Below, piece by piece: positions 58,601-64,000 of a DNA stretch of 64,000 bases. The stretch is from Nitrospirota bacterium. GTDB taxonomy: Bacteria > Nitrospirota > UBA9217. The position numbers and the translations under genes are program-made. The stretch is from assembly GCA_963663225.1 (NCBI GenBank), contig OY760142.1:1536001-1600000 (forward strand), written 5' to 3'. The notes beneath the pieces are model-generated. The model searched no databases. It saw only the letters and a list, made by a program, of their open reading frames with translations, and had not been told where the DNA came from. The first letter of the stretch is position 1; the number at the start of each line of letters is the position of its first letter.

Positions 58601-58839
58601 ATCTCCCCCTATCGCGTTTTACACAAACCGGGCATCAGGCAGGTTTGGGCAGGCGTGATAATTACCGCAGGCAATGCAGATAGATACAGATAAAGAAAAC
58701 AATAAATTGTCGATTTTTGTTACTATACCATAAGAAAAGTCTATATTCAACCATTAATCGGTACGGCTAGATTGAATCCAGCTGCAACTTGAAACCGACG
58801 TTGACAATTTTGTCTCACTATGAGATTATTTCAGCTCCT

Positions 58840-59787
58840 ATGAAGATTATCAGGGACTTAAAAAGTCTTACGGAAAAATTTCAGAACCCCGTGCTTACGC
58901 TCGGAAACTTTGACGGCGTCCATCTTGGCCACCAGGCGCTATTCAGGAAAATCGTCTCGCGTGCGCGGAAGATCCACGGTACCAGCATTGTGTTTACATT
59001 CGAACCCCATCCGCTTAAAGTACTTGCTCCAGACCGGGCCCCCAAGCTGTTAAACACCTTCCCTAGCAAGATGAACCTGTTTGCCGATGCTGGAATTGAC
59101 GTTGTTATTTGTGCGGAATTTACCCGCGCCTTTTCCGAACAAAGTCCGGAGGATTTTGCACAAAAAATCCTGCACGAGCAACTAGGGGTAAAGGAAGTAT
59201 ACGTTGGATATGACTATGCTTTCGGCAAAAGGCGGGAAGGCGGAATAGAAGCCCTGAAGAAAGCAGGGGAAACATGCGGGTTTTTTGTAAGCATGGTTGA
59301 TGCAGTCCGGGTAAACGGTGTCGTGGCCAGCAGCTCCGCTGTCCGCGATCTGATCGCGAGCGGAAAAGTGCGCGAGGCATCGGAGCTTCTCGGCAGAAAT
59401 TATACGATCGAAGGAACGGTTGTGCATGGTTCACATCGTGGCCATACGCTTGGGTTCCCCACCGCCAATCTGAACACGCAAAACGAATTAATTCCCGCAT
59501 ATGGCGTGTATGCCGTGACCGCCCAGGTTGACGCATGCCGCTATCAAGGAGTGGCGTCCATCGGAGTAAGGCCTACATTCGAATTGGGGCCTGTTTCCAT
59601 CGAGATTTTTCTTTTTGATTTTGACGGAGATCTGTACGGAAAACAGATGGAAGTTGCTTTTGTCCAGTATTTGCGTAAAGAAAAAAAATTCCCCGATGTC
59701 CAATCACTGGTATTGCAAATGCAAAAAGATGTTCACGAAGCAAAAATACTTCTTCATCATCTACCAATTGCCGGAAAAAATGCGTAA
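58840..59787 (+). CDS. ribF: bifunctional riboflavin kinase/FAD synthetase
   Basis: GNFDGVHLGH, FEPHP, GFPTAN, RPTF. Confidence 0.96.
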   Translation: MKIIRDLKSLTEKFQNPVLTLGNFDGVHLGHQALFRKIVSRARKIHGTSIVFTFEPHPLKVLAPDRAPKLLNTFPSKMNLFADAGIDVVICAEFTRAFSEQSPEDFAQKILHEQLGVKEVYVGYDYAFGKRREGGIEALKKAGETCGFFVSMVDAVRVNGVVASSSAVRDLIASGKVREASELLGRNYTIEGTVVHGSHRGHTLGFPTANLNTQNELIPAYGVYAVTAQVDACRYQGVASIGVRPTFELGPVSIEIFLFDFDGDLYGKQMEVAFVQYLRKEKKFPDVQSLVLQMQKDVHEAKILLHHLPIAGKNA

Positions 59788-60007
59788 GCTTTCAGACGAT
59801 ATTTATGCTGAATATAGTATTATCGAGCTGTTTTTTCCAAACGCCGGATATAGCAAGCCTTTAATAAAAATCTAACGCATTGTAAAATAGTGGAATTTTT
59901 TCAGAAAGCTGTTTGGTCTGGAAGGTAAAAATCCGGTTTGACGCAACAGAAAGAACCTTGATATGCTTACTAATCATAGCAGCCTTTTATGTCAGGCACA
60001 AAAAGTA

Positions 60008-60037
60008 TTGACAATAAAATGAGCGCTATGCTATAAC
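60008..60037 (+). promoter_or_regulatory. putative sigma70 promoter upstream of DUF1015-gap-pgk
   Basis: TTGACA-18 nt-TATAAC with a TGn extension. Confidence 0.55.
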
Positions 60038-60209
60038 AAGACTTTTTAAAGGATTACTTCCCAGATACGCTGTCTTTACAAGGAATTAGTATGGTGCAAG
60101 AAGCTTTCCGGGACATCATAATAATTTCTGCAGCCGAAACGTCGCTCTACACGTACCACGCGCTAAGTGCTTTGAAATTTTTCTAATTTTTTCTATGGGA
60201 AATTAATAT

Positions 60210-61535
60210 ATGGCGAAAATAGCTCCGTTCCGAGGGGTTCTTTATAACAAGGAAAAAGCGGGCGTGATGACGGATCTTGTTTGCCCGCCCTATGACATCA
60301 TTTCACCGTCCGGACAGAAAGAACTATACAGGAAAAGCCCCTATAATATTGTACGGCTCGAATACGGCCAGGAAAATCCCACAGACACGGATACAGACAA
60401 CCGTTATACTCGCGCCTCGGCCCTTTTAGACGAGTGGCTCAAAGAAGATATTTTACATCAGGAGCAGGTGCCGGCACTGTATATTTACGAAATGGAATAT
60501 GTTGCAGGCAAAATACCGAAAAGACTGCGCGGATTTGTATGCAGAGTCAAGATTGAAGAGTATCAGGAAGGTACTATCAAACCGCATGAAACGACACTCT
60601 CCGGGCCGAAGACGGACCGGCTGAACCTCTTGCGTGCGTGCAGGTCCGGTTTCAGCCAAATCTACGCTCTCTTTTCTGACCCGCAGGGGACAATAACAGG
60701 GATGCTTGCGGATGTCAGCGGGGCTCCAATGAAAGAAGTAACGGGCAGCGACTCGGTGATACACCGTATCTGGTCGGTAACCGACACGAATCTTGTAGAA
60801 CGTATTGTCCGTGAAATGGCTGACAAGCACCTTTACATAGCCGATGGACACCATCGCTACGATACAGCGCTTAAGTACAGAAACGAGCGCCGCGAAGCAT
60901 CAGGAACATCAGGCGGAGAAGAATCATACGACTATACGGCTATGTTCCTGGCCGGACTTGAAGACCCGGGAATTACCATCCTTCCTGCGCACCGTGCGGT
61001 ATTCAACCTGCAGAATTTTGAACCGCGCCGATTTATAGACAGCCTCAAAGAGTACTTCGGCATTGAACGCATTGACTTTACCGGGAAGACGGAAACCAAG
61101 GATCTGGAAACAATCCTGGATACCATGAAACACCGTGCCGGCCATGCTCATATATTCGGCATGCGGATCAAGGGGAAAAACAGTTATTATCTCCTGACGT
61201 TGCGGAATGAATCGGTTATGGATACGATTCTCTCAGACAAATCACCGGCATACAGGAGATTGGATGTTTCCATCCTGCATCATCTGATTATTGATATGCT
61301 GATGGGCATCAGGATGGACACCCACAAGCTGGGACGCAATATCGAATACATCAAGGACGCACGGGAGGCTGTTGATCGTGTTTCCGATGGATCGGCCGAT
61401 GTTGTTCTCCTGATGAACCCGACCAAGGTGGAAGAAGTAAAGAGCATTGCATTGGCAGGCGAATGCATGCCTCAGAAAGCCACCTATTTCTATCCCAAAC
61501 TTGTAACGGGACTGGTTATGCACAAATTGGACTAG
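60210..61535 (+). CDS. DUF1015 family protein
   Basis: PPYDII, PHETT, IADGHHRY, MPQKATYFYPK. Confidence 0.9.
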   Translation: MAKIAPFRGVLYNKEKAGVMTDLVCPPYDIISPSGQKELYRKSPYNIVRLEYGQENPTDTDTDNRYTRASALLDEWLKEDILHQEQVPALYIYEMEYVAGKIPKRLRGFVCRVKIEEYQEGTIKPHETTLSGPKTDRLNLLRACRSGFSQIYALFSDPQGTITGMLADVSGAPMKEVTGSDSVIHRIWSVTDTNLVERIVREMADKHLYIADGHHRYDTALKYRNERREASGTSGGEESYDYTAMFLAGLEDPGITILPAHRAVFNLQNFEPRRFIDSLKEYFGIERIDFTGKTETKDLETILDTMKHRAGHAHIFGMRIKGKNSYYLLTLRNESVMDTILSDKSPAYRRLDVSILHHLIIDMLMGIRMDTHKLGRNIEYIKDAREAVDRVSDGSADVVLLMNPTKVEEVKSIALAGECMPQKATYFYPKLVTGLVMHKLD

Positions 61536-61627
61536 GAGAGGATGTTCGTTTGTGAATTAAAAAAACATGCGGGCTCCGGACTTATTGCCCGGCCAAGGCG
61601 GCTTTGCTGCATGTTTTGCTGACGTAA

Positions 61628-62662
<1,035 letters not shown>

Positions 62663-62803
62663 CAACCGAGCGCATCGGATCAACCATTGCCAGTGCTGTA
62701 CAGTCCTGATGTGTGAACGCGCTGAAAAATCGGCCCGGACGTGATAATCGGTTTGAGCGGACAGTGCGTGCGCTGCTTGGAAATTATTTTGCCAGAGGGG
62801 GCT

Positions 62804-63997
62804 ATGAACAAAAAAACCATAGACCAGGTTGACATCAAGGGGAAAAAAGTTTTTATCCGTGCGGACTTCAATGTGCCGTTTGATGAGAACGGCAACATCT
62901 CCGACGACGGCAGGATCCGTTCCACGCTTCCGACAATCAACTTCGCGCTGGATGCCGGGGCAAAAGTGATTCTCGCATCGCATCTGGGCCGGCCAAAAGG
63001 CAAGCGTGACCCGAAATACAGCCTTGCTCCGGTGGCAATCCGGCTGAACCGCCTGCTCAACAAGGAAGTAAAATTTGCCAAGGACTGCATCGGTCCGGAT
63101 GTGGAGCACCTGGTGGCCGGAATGCGGCCCGGAGACGTGATTCTTCTGGAGAACCTGCGGTTTCATGCCGAAGAGGAAAAAAATGACGACGGTTTTTCCC
63201 AGGCGCTTGCCGCGCTCGCTGATGTGTATGTAAACGATGCCTTCGGCACGTCACACCGGGCGCACGCCTCCACGTACGGCATTACCAAGCATATGAAACA
63301 GTCCGTGGCCGGTTTTCTTATGAAAAAGGAGATAGATTATCTTCAAAAGACCGTCGCAAACCCGGTGCGGCCGTTCGTCGCCATTCTCGGCGGATCCAAG
63401 GTGTCGGGGAAAATCGGCGTGATCGAGAACCTGAAAAACAAAGTGGACAAAATAATCGTCGGTGGCGCCATGGCCTGTACTTTCAGCAAGGCAAACGGCG
63501 AAGAAGTAGGGGCCTCGCTTGTCGAACAGGACATGCTTACCATGGCCGAGCATCTTCACAAGGGCGTTCGTGAGAAAGGGGTCAAGTTCTATCTTCCGGT
63601 GGATTTTGTGGTCGCGGAAAATATGAACGAAGGAGCACAAACAAAGATTGTGACTTCCCAGGAAATACCGAAAGGATGGATGGCCCTTGATATCGGCCCT
63701 GCCACCGTCCGGCTTTTTAGCGAGGCAATCCAAGACGCCAAGACCATCATCTGGAACGGTCCCATGGGTATGTTTGAAAAGGACGCCTATTCGCGCGGTA
63801 CTTTTGCTATCGCTCATTCGGTTGCCGATGCATATGCAACGACCATTGTGGGCGGCGGCGACACCGATGTGGCGGTGCATCGCGCCGGAGTGTCCGACAG
63901 CATCACCTTTATCTCTACAGGCGGCGGAGCGTCCCTCGAACTTCTTGAAGGAAAAGAACTGCCCGGGCTTGCTGCGCTGACGAATGAATCAGACTAG
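62804..63997 (+). CDS. pgk: phosphoglycerate kinase
   Basis: RADFNVP, SHLGRP, LENLRF, GGSKVSGK, STGGGA. Confidence 0.98.
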   Translation: MNKKTIDQVDIKGKKVFIRADFNVPFDENGNISDDGRIRSTLPTINFALDAGAKVILASHLGRPKGKRDPKYSLAPVAIRLNRLLNKEVKFAKDCIGPDVEHLVAGMRPGDVILLENLRFHAEEEKNDDGFSQALAALADVYVNDAFGTSHRAHASTYGITKHMKQSVAGFLMKKEIDYLQKTVANPVRPFVAILGGSKVSGKIGVIENLKNKVDKIIVGGAMACTFSKANGEEVGASLVEQDMLTMAEHLHKGVREKGVKFYLPVDFVVAENMNEGAQTKIVTSQEIPKGWMALDIGPATVRLFSEAIQDAKTIIWNGPMGMFEKDAYSRGTFAIAHSVADAYATTIVGGGDTDVAVHRAGVSDSITFISTGGGASLELLEGKELPGLAALTNESD

Positions 63998-64000
63998 CAA

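Overview
This is a 64-kb chromosomal window from an anaerobic, diderm bacterium. The gene content (multiheme c-type cytochrome, REC-PilZ paralogues, sigma54 activator, AOR, CooS/CooF) suggests Nitrospirota or Desulfobacterota, but that is inference only. It is mostly housekeeping (leuA, cysM, pyrB, radA, sppA, ilvB, recN, two-subunit pyruvate carboxylase, PEPCK, ndk, ribF, gap, pgk) with accessory redox modules. I found no rRNA, tRNA, CRISPR array or recognisable mobile element. The top signal is that two ORFs at 13827-14012 and 14019-15083 are in the same frame, separated only by one TGA (14010-14012) that is followed by a SECIS-like hairpin. They read as one 418-aa exported selenoprotein with 11 CxxCH heme motifs (...EGEG-U-AG...), apparently co-transcribed with an exported rhodanese: a candidate periplasmic sulfur/selenium redox system. 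The second signal is a sigma54/PrpR-linked six-gene operon (29563-35270) built around a shortened CooS (CO dehydrogenase)-like protein that lacks the catalytic His93/His96. Its partners are CooF, an FAD/NAD oxidoreductase, a Zn-dependent dehydrogenase and two uncharacterised proteins (one ferredoxin-like, one Cys-rich). The third is an unannotated, apparently leaderless Leu-rich leader peptide with a terminator/antiterminator pair upstream of leuA.
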